A stretch of DNA of 40,688 bases from Candidatus Hodarchaeota archaeon. GTDB taxonomy: Archaea; Asgardarchaeota; Heimdallarchaeia; Hodarchaeales; Hodarchaeaceae. This document shows positions 16,677-25,657 of this stretch, one piece after another. Under the pieces are notes generated by a model. It had not been told where the DNA came from. It did no database searches and saw only the letters and a program-made list of their open reading frames with translations. Location of the stretch: positions 1 through 40,688 of the forward strand of contig JAEOTC010000159.1 of the NCBI GenBank assembly GCA_016840035.1. Direction: 5' to 3'. The number at the start of each line of letters is the position of its first letter. The stretch's first letter is position 1. Both the position numbers and the translations under genes were made by a program.

Positions 16677-19577
16677 GTGAAATCAATGAAATTCCCAAAT
16701 AAGATCATTCCATTAAGTATAATTTTGCTGTTTATTGTCGGAATCTATGGTCAAACCCAACAGACTTCTTTTTCCTTCAACCAGGACTTGTTGAATCAAG
16801 TTCAATTACCAAAGGAGGATAATAATCAGATATCGAATACACGTTTGCCAAATTTTAAGTCAGTTTCTGAAGTGACTTCAGGACCTACAACTTTAACCAC
16901 AGACGCAGATACTTATGCTCCAGGTGATTGGGTAACAATTACAGCCGAAAGCAATACTGATGATATGAATGGATCGCTAGAATGGCGAGTAGAATCACCA
17001 ATTAGCGAGGTAAGTTTTGATTTCAAGAGCTATTATCAGGATGTATTTGTAAATCCTGAGTTTGAAACTGCAATAACAACAGATTGGGAAAATGATGGTT
17101 TTGATTTTATTTCAGCCGCTGATGGATATTTAAATATCACAGAAGAAGCTGATCCTGATTTAAATGCAGTCGAAGTCTATAACAATAATTCTGCTCTAGC
17201 TACAGATACGAAATACCGTGTAACTTTTGATTATTTTTCTCAAGGAGAAAATATGTTAATTAATCCGAGCTTTGAAACTGGAAATCTTACAGGATGGTCT
17301 GGTGTCGGAACAGCGGAAAATATCTCAATAATTAATGAAGCAAAAAACGCAAGTGAAGGGAATTATTATGCCAAAATCAACGCTACTGAAGGATTTATCT
17401 TAAACCAAACAATACCAATTACTGGACAATCTGATGGACGTTCATTTACATTTACTGCACGAGCGACTGGAAATACGGATGCAAATTACTGGCAATTACG
17501 ATTGGAAGCAATAAATTCGTCTGGAGACGTTACTGCTTCTAGACAATCAGCAGATTCAAGAAATCTCGCGACTGATGAGGATGGGTATATCACAATAAAT
17601 CTGGATTGGGCTCTTCCTGAGAATACAACGTCATTAAAAGCAATATTCTTCGGAAGAGATGGTGGTAGTGATGCGGATGGTTATTATACGGGATGGCTTG
17701 ATAACTGCTTGCTAGCTGAAGATCCGACTGTTTTAATATTTTCATATGGTTCAGATGGAAACTGGGAAAATAATACATTAATTGCAGGTACTCATGAATG
17801 GGAATCTGTCGAATTTATTTTCGAAACTTTTGAAAATATTCCTTCTATCACTAAAACATTGAGATTCATCTTAAAAGATTCTAATTCTTATTCAAATAAC
17901 AAAACTTCTTATTGGCTTATTGATAATATTGCAGTTAATATCGTCACCAAGACCGAAGACTTCACTGGCCCGATTTCTAATAATGAGGCGCGAATTTCAG
18001 GATATGTAAATTCAACATTCTTCCATCGTGATTTCCGTGAAGAGTTATCTAGTACATTTATCATTGATATAGACTCTCCAGAGAATACGAGTGTTGCATC
18101 AGAAGCTCGAGCAGAAATAAAAGTGCAGTTACCATCTCACCAGGTATATATGGGAACCTGGATCTTTGTTTTTAAAATACATCAAATTGATACTGCTGAA
18201 CCCCCCACTAGAGTTGCTACAAAAACGGTAAATATCTCCTTCGTAGTGGAAGAACCACTTAATTTTGTTGTGCAGGATTATTATCTTCTTCGTGGTTCCA
18301 CGAATAGAACGGAGAACAATGAAACAATTTTTACGGAATATTTCGAACAAGAAACTGAGATTGAATCATTTTCTCCAGGAGATAATGTTACAGTTCTTGG
18401 ATTTTTAGCAGCCAATTCGACTCCAACCGAATGGTATGACCTTGAATATCTTGATATCAGTGCTGTTTTGACGTCATACATGTGGGAAAGCACTTGGGAA
18501 TCAGAGGAAGTTATATTCTGGGATGTATTTAGCCTCATTCCCTACGATTCATTAGGTAAATACGTTATTGATGGAAATTTCACCTCCCCTCTAAATAATA
18601 CTCAGACCATTGGACTTAACTTCCAAATCCCTAACCGTGGGATATTTGGAAACATTTCAGCGAATATCACCATGAGTCTTACTGGAACAAATGTAAAACC
18701 TAATGGAGTGGGAGATCCACTGTTATCATTAAATGTACCAATTTCCTTACCACGGGTTGAATTTAGAATTAATGTCACAGAAGAAAATTTACCTGAAACT
18801 TCTTACTATTTAACCGATTATATTGGTGGAAATGTTACTTTAGAATTTCTTAATGTCAATAATACGCTGGAAACGAATTATCCGAATAGAAATATTACTA
18901 CAGACCTTCAAATTCCTATCAAAGACATTGATTTAGTTCTATTTCTAGGTAGAAACGAAAGTAGTGAAATTGAGATAGCACAGGAATTTCATTATCATTC
19001 CATTGGGAATAACACAATAGTTTGGTTTGATTACATTGATCCAAATGTTGAGATTGGAATGTATACTTTTCATATACGGTGGAATACTCCATTTTCACAA
19101 AACGCTACGAATTTTGCTGATGTTCCGATTTCTGAAATATCCTTGAATGTTCAGGGAACACTTGAAATCGTATCACCTGGATCAACCCCGACTGTCAAAC
19201 AAGGGGAACAGATAATTGTGAATTTCACTGTCCAACTTCTCGAGACTACAAAACAAATCGGTGGATTGGATCTAATTTCAAGACTAGTTGATGAAGAAAC
19301 TGAAGGTAATCTCATTGTTTATGAACAACAAGGTGTCTACTACATAGATATTGTTGTGGGGAAGACAATGGAAGCCAAGAATTACAATATAGAAATTTTG
19401 GTCTCTGGTAGAACAGAAGCAATTGGTACTATTGAATTTACAGTTCAAGAGCTAGAAGTTGAGCCAGAAAACCAATTAGATTTCTTTGAAATACTCGTAA
19501 ATGTTGCTGGATTCGGAATCTTTGTCGCTCTCGGAGTTATTGTAGTTGTCTTAATGTTCAGACTCAATAAATCTTGA
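16677..19577 (+). CDS. Large secreted, C-terminally anchored surface glycoprotein with CBM4/9-like galactose-binding-fold domains
   Basis: Signal peptide (KIIPLSIILLFIVGIYG); NPEFET and NPSFETGNLTGW...WLDNC motifs; about 30 N-x-S/T sequons; C-terminal TM VAGFGIFVALGVIVVVLMF. Confidence 0.85.
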   Translation: MKSMKFPNKIIPLSIILLFIVGIYGQTQQTSFSFNQDLLNQVQLPKEDNNQISNTRLPNFKSVSEVTSGPTTLTTDADTYAPGDWVTITAESNTDDMNGSLEWRVESPISEVSFDFKSYYQDVFVNPEFETAITTDWENDGFDFISAADGYLNITEEADPDLNAVEVYNNNSALATDTKYRVTFDYFSQGENMLINPSFETGNLTGWSGVGTAENISIINEAKNASEGNYYAKINATEGFILNQTIPITGQSDGRSFTFTARATGNTDANYWQLRLEAINSSGDVTASRQSADSRNLATDEDGYITINLDWALPENTTSLKAIFFGRDGGSDADGYYTGWLDNCLLAEDPTVLIFSYGSDGNWENNTLIAGTHEWESVEFIFETFENIPSITKTLRFILKDSNSYSNNKTSYWLIDNIAVNIVTKTEDFTGPISNNEARISGYVNSTFFHRDFREELSSTFIIDIDSPENTSVASEARAEIKVQLPSHQVYMGTWIFVFKIHQIDTAEPPTRVATKTVNISFVVEEPLNFVVQDYYLLRGSTNRTENNETIFTEYFEQETEIESFSPGDNVTVLGFLAANSTPTEWYDLEYLDISAVLTSYMWESTWESEEVIFWDVFSLIPYDSLGKYVIDGNFTSPLNNTQTIGLNFQIPNRGIFGNISANITMSLTGTNVKPNGVGDPLLSLNVPISLPRVEFRINVTEENLPETSYYLTDYIGGNVTLEFLNVNNTLETNYPNRNITTDLQIPIKDIDLVLFLGRNESSEIEIAQEFHYHSIGNNTIVWFDYIDPNVEIGMYTFHIRWNTPFSQNATNFADVPISEISLNVQGTLEIVSPGSTPTVKQGEQIIVNFTVQLLETTKQIGGLDLISRLVDEETEGNLIVYEQQGVYYIDIVVGKTMEAKNYNIEILVSGRTEAIGTIEFTVQELEVEPENQLDFFEILVNVAGFGIFVALGVIVVVLMFRLNKS

Positions 19578-19647
19578 TTTTCACAGATTATTGAATTTTA
19601 TCTACAATCTCTCCCCTTTTTATTTCCCAACTCATATTCGGGACTAT

Positions 19648-20676
19648 TTATACCACCTCAGAATATAACTCTGCAAGTTCACGAATCGAATTTTGAATAT
19701 CGTGCTCTTTCAGTGTTTCTTTACCGTGTCTCAATAATTTTGAACGGAGAGATTTATTGGAGGCTAATCTATCAATGTTTTTGGAGAATTCTTCAGGAGT
19801 TTTTCCTTTTAGGCAGTCTTTTCCATCGGTTAACCAATCAAAGACTGGATGTTCCCTAACAACAGGCATATTTCCATATGCTATACTCTCAAGAAGAGCT
19901 ATTCCTTGATTTTCCTCCCGACTAACATATAAAAATACATCGGCTGCATTCCATAATGCCTCTAAAGTGTTTTTTGAAATGTAACCAGTGAATTGAATAT
20001 TTGATGAGTTTTGAGCCTTTAAAAAATATTTTCGCAAGTATGGAGAGTGTGCTATTGTTCCCAATGGAAGATATTTTCCTATCCACATAAATCGATGATT
20101 AGGAGTCAAAAGAGCAGTCTCTGTAAATACATCTGGAGCTTTTCGATAGATACACAAACCCACAGAAATGATCAGAAACTCATCTTCATGTAATTGAAGA
20201 CGTTTCCTGGCTTTATTACGGACAGTTGGATTTTGTCGATTATTTGAAAGATCGATTCCATTGGAAATAACGCTAATAGTTGTGCGATCATATCCGTATC
20301 TTACTAAAATATCTCTGTTATAATTACTAACTGCGATTAAATGATCAGCATAAGAATAATATTTTTTAAGGTAAGGAGTCAACGCATAGTCAATTTTATT
20401 CGAGAAGAGAAAACTATTTCGAAAATCCTCTATTGTGGTGTGGCCGGTCATAATAATTTTGTATTTTCGACTGATACGATTGTGGAGGATCCGGGCTTTA
20501 AGTAAGGATTGTGGTAAGGCAGTCTGGAAGTGATATATGTCATAAGGAGGATTCTTTCCATTTATATCTGTATCTATTCCATGTGATTTCAGTTGGTGTG
20601 CGAGACGTACAGCAGAATTATAAACCCCACTACCTATTAGCCCTTTTTCCATATCAAGAATAAAATTTACCTTCAT
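19648..20676 (-). CDS. GT4 glycosyltransferase, CpoA/diglucosyl-glycerolipid synthase-like (probable start ATG 20676)
   Basis: GSGVYNSA, GHTTIEDFRNSF, ISNGIDL, RKAPD, SREENQGIALLES. Confidence 0.88.
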   Translation of the reverse strand: MKVNFILDMEKGLIGSGVYNSAVRLAHQLKSHGIDTDINGKNPPYDIYHFQTALPQSLLKARILHNRISRKYKIIMTGHTTIEDFRNSFLFSNKIDYALTPYLKKYYSYADHLIAVSNYNRDILVRYGYDRTTISVISNGIDLSNNRQNPTVRNKARKRLQLHEDEFLIISVGLCIYRKAPDVFTETALLTPNHRFMWIGKYLPLGTIAHSPYLRKYFLKAQNSSNIQFTGYISKNTLEALWNAADVFLYVSREENQGIALLESIAYGNMPVVREHPVFDWLTDGKDCLKGKTPEEFSKNIDRLASNKSLRSKLLRHGKETLKEHDIQNSIRELAELYSEVV

Positions 20677-20815
20677 GTGATGAATAAACACTATCCCATA
20701 AACAAAAGCTTGTTTAATTACGAAAATCTCTGTTTTTCTTAATAGATAATTCTTTAGCCTATAATTTTTAAATGCAATTACTGCGAAAAGAATTAGATAC
20801 CAAATCTCTACACAT

Positions 20816-21340
20816 TTGAGACTCACTAGAATGCTAAATAATGAAGATACTAATATCTCGGAAAATTCACAGATTTCTTTGCGAAAGGCAACACTTGCAG
20901 ATATGGCCTTTATTAGAGACTTGTTTTATTCTGAAATGGATGAAATCGTCAATGAAGCATGGCAAGGAAGATTCAGATGGGAGGGTTGGTTTAATGATGT
21001 TCAAAAAGCCCTCGAACTCGAATCTCATATAGTTCAACTAATCCAATTCACCAATCAGAACATCGGTTTTCTTTGGATGAATAAAGAAGATAGAAATTTA
21101 TGGATTACGGCTATTGTACTAAAGAAAGAATGGCAAAGACGTAATATTGGCAGTAAAATTATGACTCATCTTGTAGGTGAGTGTAGAAGTGATGGTATTA
21201 ATACAATTGAACTAGGGGTACAGAAAAATAATAATGCAGCACTGAGGTTTTACTCAGAGATTGGGTTCGAAAGATTTGATCAGGTTCGATCTGCCAGAAC
21301 AGATCTGTTACGCTTGAAGCTAATTAACTTGGAAGATTAG
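20816..21340 (+). CDS. GNAT family N-acetyltransferase
   Basis: LRKATLAD, WQRRNIGS, NNNAALRFYSEIGF. Confidence 0.92.
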   Translation: MRLTRMLNNEDTNISENSQISLRKATLADMAFIRDLFYSEMDEIVNEAWQGRFRWEGWFNDVQKALELESHIVQLIQFTNQNIGFLWMNKEDRNLWITAIVLKKEWQRRNIGSKIMTHLVGECRSDGINTIELGVQKNNNAALRFYSEIGFERFDQVRSARTDLLRLKLINLED

Positions 21341-21385
21341 TTTTAATCAATTCATTAATCTTATTTGAAATGGAATCTACAAGCT

Positions 21386-21721
21386 TTACAGCTTAACATT
21401 TGCTAGAGGTTTTCCAGACACGAAGTCTTCAATAACTACAGTCGGACCAGATTCCAAGTATACAGTTAATATTGGAAATCCACCATCATCCTCTACATTT
21501 ATTCTGTCAATTTCTTGCTCATTGAGAAGTTCTAATGCATGGATTATTGTTTTTTGTAGAGAAGAATTCTCCAAATCAAAAAATCTGTATCCCCGACTGA
21601 AAGGTGTCGCTAAATAGTAATATTTTGAATTGAATCGATCAATATCTCGAAGTGTCATGAGAAAATTCTTTAATGAAAAATTTAGGAGGTCAGTTTGGTC
21701 CTCGGTCAAAGGAAGTGACAT
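21386..21721 (-). CDS. Hypothetical protein (111 aa)
   Basis: Clean ATG ORF filling the gap; no motif recognised. Confidence 0.65.
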   Translation of the reverse strand: MSLPLTEDQTDLLNFSLKNFLMTLRDIDRFNSKYYYLATPFSRGYRFFDLENSSLQKTIIHALELLNEQEIDRINVEDDGGFPILTVYLESGPTVVIEDFVSGKPLANVKL

Positions 21722-21836
21722 CTTTGAATCGACCTATATTCTATTAGAATAATTGCTTATTCTTATTGATAATTGGCCCTTAAAAACTTTTATCTCAGTT
21801 CTTTTTACGAATTCAAATTAGAAAAACTGTTCTGAA

Positions 21837-22655
21837 TTACTTCAATATTAAAGGAGCTCCAATGAAAGCAAAATCCTTTGCAATTCTTGACACTTCTCTA
21901 CGTAAACCCTGAATATATACCTCATTGCTCCATTTATCTGGGAAAAAATCAAGAAGTTCAGCATTTATTGATTGAATTCCTGGTATTGCCATTTCATAAT
22001 TTGGATTAGGCTTTTCGAGAGCAATTTGGTTTACTCTTTTTTCATCATCGAATTCAGATACTAAAACACGCATAGGTGAGTCGGGTGAGTCAAATTCAAT
22101 ATACCCTTCTGTAGCTTTTCGTAGCATTTGTAGAGGTTCCTTATAGGGAAAGACTAGTTGAGCTAATAAAATTCCTCGTCCAAAAGCTCGTCTTCGCTGA
22201 CCTGCAATTGTATTTTGTTCCCCTAATGATGTGAAAGGAAATTCTAGGAGATGGTCACTTACGATAAAGTCATTTCCTGGAGGGAAAATAAAAGGTTCGG
22301 TGTTAAAATGATTATCTAACCAATTATTTTCGGGGATTAAAAGCCCAGTCAAAAAACGATGATCTGTGGTAATCGAATGGGGACTGATCACGGAGAATGT
22401 TGTCCAATAAATACCTGCTCCATAGAGAAGGATATAAGACTTACCATTTTGGATCACACGTGCGAAGTCAACTGGAATAAATATTACACTTGTATTTTTA
22501 ATTGAATTGATACTTTGAGTTTTGTAAGACCAATGAGTTGTTGAGGAACTCAATTTATCAGCAAAAGAAACCCAATCTGAGATGACTACTAAAGATCGAA
22601 GAAGCCCCAAGGGATGATTTGAATATCTAGAGCTGGAACGTGCGAGTCTATGCAT
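21837..22655 (-). CDS. Hypothetical protein (272 aa)
   Basis: Long ORF with globular composition and AAGGA upstream; no motif recognised. Confidence 0.75.
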   Translation of the reverse strand: MHRLARSSSRYSNHPLGLLRSLVVISDWVSFADKLSSSTTHWSYKTQSINSIKNTSVIFIPVDFARVIQNGKSYILLYGAGIYWTTFSVISPHSITTDHRFLTGLLIPENNWLDNHFNTEPFIFPPGNDFIVSDHLLEFPFTSLGEQNTIAGQRRRAFGRGILLAQLVFPYKEPLQMLRKATEGYIEFDSPDSPMRVLVSEFDDEKRVNQIALEKPNPNYEMAIPGIQSINAELLDFFPDKWSNEVYIQGLRREVSRIAKDFAFIGAPLILK

Positions 22656-22820
22656 TTTCTATTATCCTTTCCGCTTACTAAAGATGTAGATTGTCAATGA
22701 AATTGCTGATGTACCTTAGTGCAAGGGTATATATAATAAAATCTATATTAATTCTTTCTTAATAATCATCTCTACGAATTCAGTTATGGATATACAGTAA
22801 ACTCCGATAAAAATGGGGGG

Positions 22821-23276
22821 TTAAATCCCCGCATCAATAAGCGGAGGAAAACCTAATTCAATAGCAACTGCATTTATCAAGTAGATTAGGAATAGGGTAA
22901 TTACTGCTATCCAGACCGAAGCATGCCAGTTGGTTGACTCTGATTTTTCTGGAATGAGTAAATATTTGAGTAAATACACGATTGCGAGATAGATTAAGAC
23001 AGGTACTAGCTGATACGCCGCGGTTGACACAAAAGGTATCGAGCTGACAGCACCAACAATCGCGCCGATCACTACTGCAACTAAAATTACGATAATAATT
23101 GCTATAACTATTAATCGAATTATATAGCCGGTATCAGTACTTTTTTTACCTGCTATTAATCGCGCACCAATGTAAAGAATTATTGTAACAAGAACAATTG
23201 CTATTATTAGTAACAAGAGTGTTTGAATGTCATCTGTATTATTCTGGAGTAATGCCATGTTCTTCACTTTTTCCAT
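22821..23276 (-). CDS. Small integral membrane protein (about 4 TM)
   Basis: Four long hydrophobic segments. Confidence 0.8.
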   Translation of the reverse strand: MEKVKNMALLQNNTDDIQTLLLLIIAIVLVTIILYIGARLIAGKKSTDTGYIIRLIVIAIIIVILVAVVIGAIVGAVSSIPFVSTAAYQLVPVLIYLAIVYLLKYLLIPEKSESTNWHASVWIAVITLFLIYLINAVAIELGFPPLIDAGI

Positions 23277-23405
23277 ATGGTAATGGATTAAATCAATCCA
23301 TTCGTTGGTAGGACATGTCTTATATTAGACCTAAATAAAAATCTATAGCATAGAGTTCAAAATTAGGATATAAAAATGAAATACTTGTATGGGGAGTACA
23401 CAATT

Positions 23406-24608
23406 TTATAATCTCTTTGCATGAAGGTTATCGGCTAAACGAAAAGCCTTTTCGAGTAAAGAGGTATATCCTTTTGCTGAGAACTTTTTTGCAGTTTTTG
23501 CGGCAGCTTTTGAATATTTTTGTAATGTATCAGCTTCATTCAATAGGGTTCTCATGGAGAATGCAAAATCATTTACTTCTCCTGGAGGAGATAGAAGTCC
23601 ATTTTGTTTATGGAAAATATAATCAACTACACCTCCTCCAGCTACTCCTATGACTGGTAAACTCTGACTCATCGCTTCCAAAACTGTTAAACCCTGAGTT
23701 TCAGTGTCACTTGGAGTAACCATAAAATCCGCCATCCGATATACGGCTGGTAGTTTTGTATGACTGATAAAACCCGTAAAACCATAATTTCTTAGTTTCA
23801 ATTCAGTGGCTAACTTCTGGTATGTCTGAAGGTGCGGTCCGTCGCCCACAATTAAGAGGAAACAATCTTGAAACTCTTCTTGAATTGTTTTATAAGCCTC
23901 CAACAGTACTTCAAGCTTTTTCTCATAAGATACACGCCCACAATAAATAATTATTTTGGATGATGGTTTGATTCCGTAATCTTCACGAATTTTATTTTGG
24001 AGCTCGATATCATTTTTCGTATCTTTCGTATTGGTTAAGAATACCTTGGAAATCATATTAGGTAAGGAATAAACAGGGGGTTTAACTCCATGTGTTATTA
24101 GGTCGTATTGAAGGGTTTTAGATGGAGTAACAACTACATCTGAGTGCTTATAAAACCAACGAATATATAACCAAACCAGCTCTTCAAGAATTGCAGTTGT
24201 TTTCTCTGCATAATGTCCCCCAACTAGATGAGCAGAATATTCCACAAGATGAGTGTGGTAGGTGTTAAGAAGGGGAAGATCGTAGAATTTTCTTGCAGTC
24301 AATGTAGCGAAATAACCAAGTGAAAAGGGAGAGTGACAATGGATTAGATCAAATTTTTCTTTACGTAGTATTTTTGAAAAGCCAATGCTTGGAAAAGCAA
24401 CATTGTAGCCGGGATATGGTGGAAAAGGGACGCTAGGTAACTCGTAGATTGAGACATCGTCTATATGAAAGGGAATACTTTGCTTTAATTTAGGTGCAAA
24501 AACAGAAAATTCATGTTTGGATTTTAAGGATTGAATCTCATTGATAATCGAAATAACTACACCATTAAGATTTGGAACCCATGAATCTGTAAAGATGCCA
24601 ATTTTCAA
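23406..24608 (-). CDS. GT4 glycosyltransferase, monoglucosyl-glycerolipid synthase (MGS/LafA)-like
   Basis: MKIGIFTDSWVPNLNGV, IHCHSPFSLG, TYHT, GRVSYEK, SDTETQGLTVLEAM. Confidence 0.9.
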   Translation of the reverse strand: MKIGIFTDSWVPNLNGVVISIINEIQSLKSKHEFSVFAPKLKQSIPFHIDDVSIYELPSVPFPPYPGYNVAFPSIGFSKILRKEKFDLIHCHSPFSLGYFATLTARKFYDLPLLNTYHTHLVEYSAHLVGGHYAEKTTAILEELVWLYIRWFYKHSDVVVTPSKTLQYDLITHGVKPPVYSLPNMISKVFLTNTKDTKNDIELQNKIREDYGIKPSSKIIIYCGRVSYEKKLEVLLEAYKTIQEEFQDCFLLIVGDGPHLQTYQKLATELKLRNYGFTGFISHTKLPAVYRMADFMVTPSDTETQGLTVLEAMSQSLPVIGVAGGGVVDYIFHKQNGLLSPPGEVNDFAFSMRTLLNEADTLQKYSKAAAKTAKKFSAKGYTSLLEKAFRLADNLHAKRL

Positions 24609-24751
24609 ATTGAATTACCTATACTAGAGATGGTTTCATTATTTTTTACGGAAGGAGACTAGTATAGTCGAAATCTCTAGTTTTTGTTTATTAAGTTGTA
24701 CTCAGATTCTGTATCTTATTTTTCTCAGTACGTATAATAATCAAAACTCTT

Positions 24752-25657
24752 TCAATTATTATCCAATATAAAAAACTCGATTGTGTCAATGGGTTTCATG
24801 ATTTTTTTGAGTTGTTTGATTACTTCGTGAGGGATATCCACAGCATTAGGCGTACAAGCTGCAGCCATCCGATGTCCACCCCCTCCAAAATGCTTAGCTA
24901 CTATTGAAACATCATAATTAGACTGTTCGACTTTAGTTACCCTAAAACTGATTCTTATAGGTTCGGAAACTGATTTTTCATAAATCAATGCAATAATAAT
25001 TGCCCCATTGTGAAAAAAGGGTTTGAAAACTTCTTTAGCTAGTTTTCCTGGGATATAATTCCTTGAATCGATGAGTACAACTCGAGGTAATATAGGGTGA
25101 TGTTCTAAAAAGTTAGTAATAACATTCTGAGTCTTCTGATGAATAGAAACAACCTTTTCATGCCGGTTCTCCAACCATTGAGTCTGGAGAATACTTTTTC
25201 CCAAGGACGCAAGTTTTTCACTAAGTTCTCTAAGAAAGGATGAATCTTCCACATTCATGTTTAGAACGATATCAAGAGGCTTATATTCAACTGGGAGAAG
25301 AGCAGTGTCCGCGAGATGGCCTAATTCCTTAATTTCTTCAGCGATCGGATCATTAGAAAAGGCTAAATGATCAAAAACTAATTCTGTTGCTGAAGCAGCT
25401 CTTGGTAGTACAACATCCCTCTCCGTGAGACGATTAGTCTCCGTTAAGTTATCATAGTTAGTTTTATGGTGATCAATGTTTACCGAATGAGAAACTTTGG
25501 GTAAATCGCAAGTATAATCAGCTGGGAAGTTCTCTTCGGAAAGTTGCTGTGCTTGTTTAATAGTAGCAAACGTGATATCAATTGAAGAACCAAATTTTCG
25601 TATAAAAAGCGCTGCACAGCATATTCCATCGAAATCGGTATGTGTGACTATTCTCAC
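24752..25657 (-). CDS. DHH/DHHA1 phosphoesterase (NrnA-like)
   Basis: HTDFDG, IDHH, ISFR, GGGGH motifs; GTG start overlaps the upstream TGA. Confidence 0.9.
   Translation of the reverse strand: MRIVTHTDFDGICCAALFIRKFGSSIDITFATIKQAQQLSEENFPADYTCDLPKVSHSVNIDHHKTNYDNLTETNRLTERDVVLPRAASATELVFDHLAFSNDPIAEEIKELGHLADTALLPVEYKPLDIVLNMNVEDSSFLRELSEKLASLGKSILQTQWLENRHEKVVSIHQKTQNVITNFLEHHPILPRVVLIDSRNYIPGKLAKEVFKPFFHNGAIIIALIYEKSVSEPIRISFRVTKVEQSNYDVSIVAKHFGGGGHRMAAACTPNAVDIPHEVIKQLKKIMKPIDTIEFFILDNN

Noticed and set aside
20677-20826. N-terminal 50-aa extension of the GT4 ORF
   Set aside because: The GT4 fold starts at MKVNFILD (20676); the extension crosses the AT-rich divergent promoter and overlaps the GNAT start
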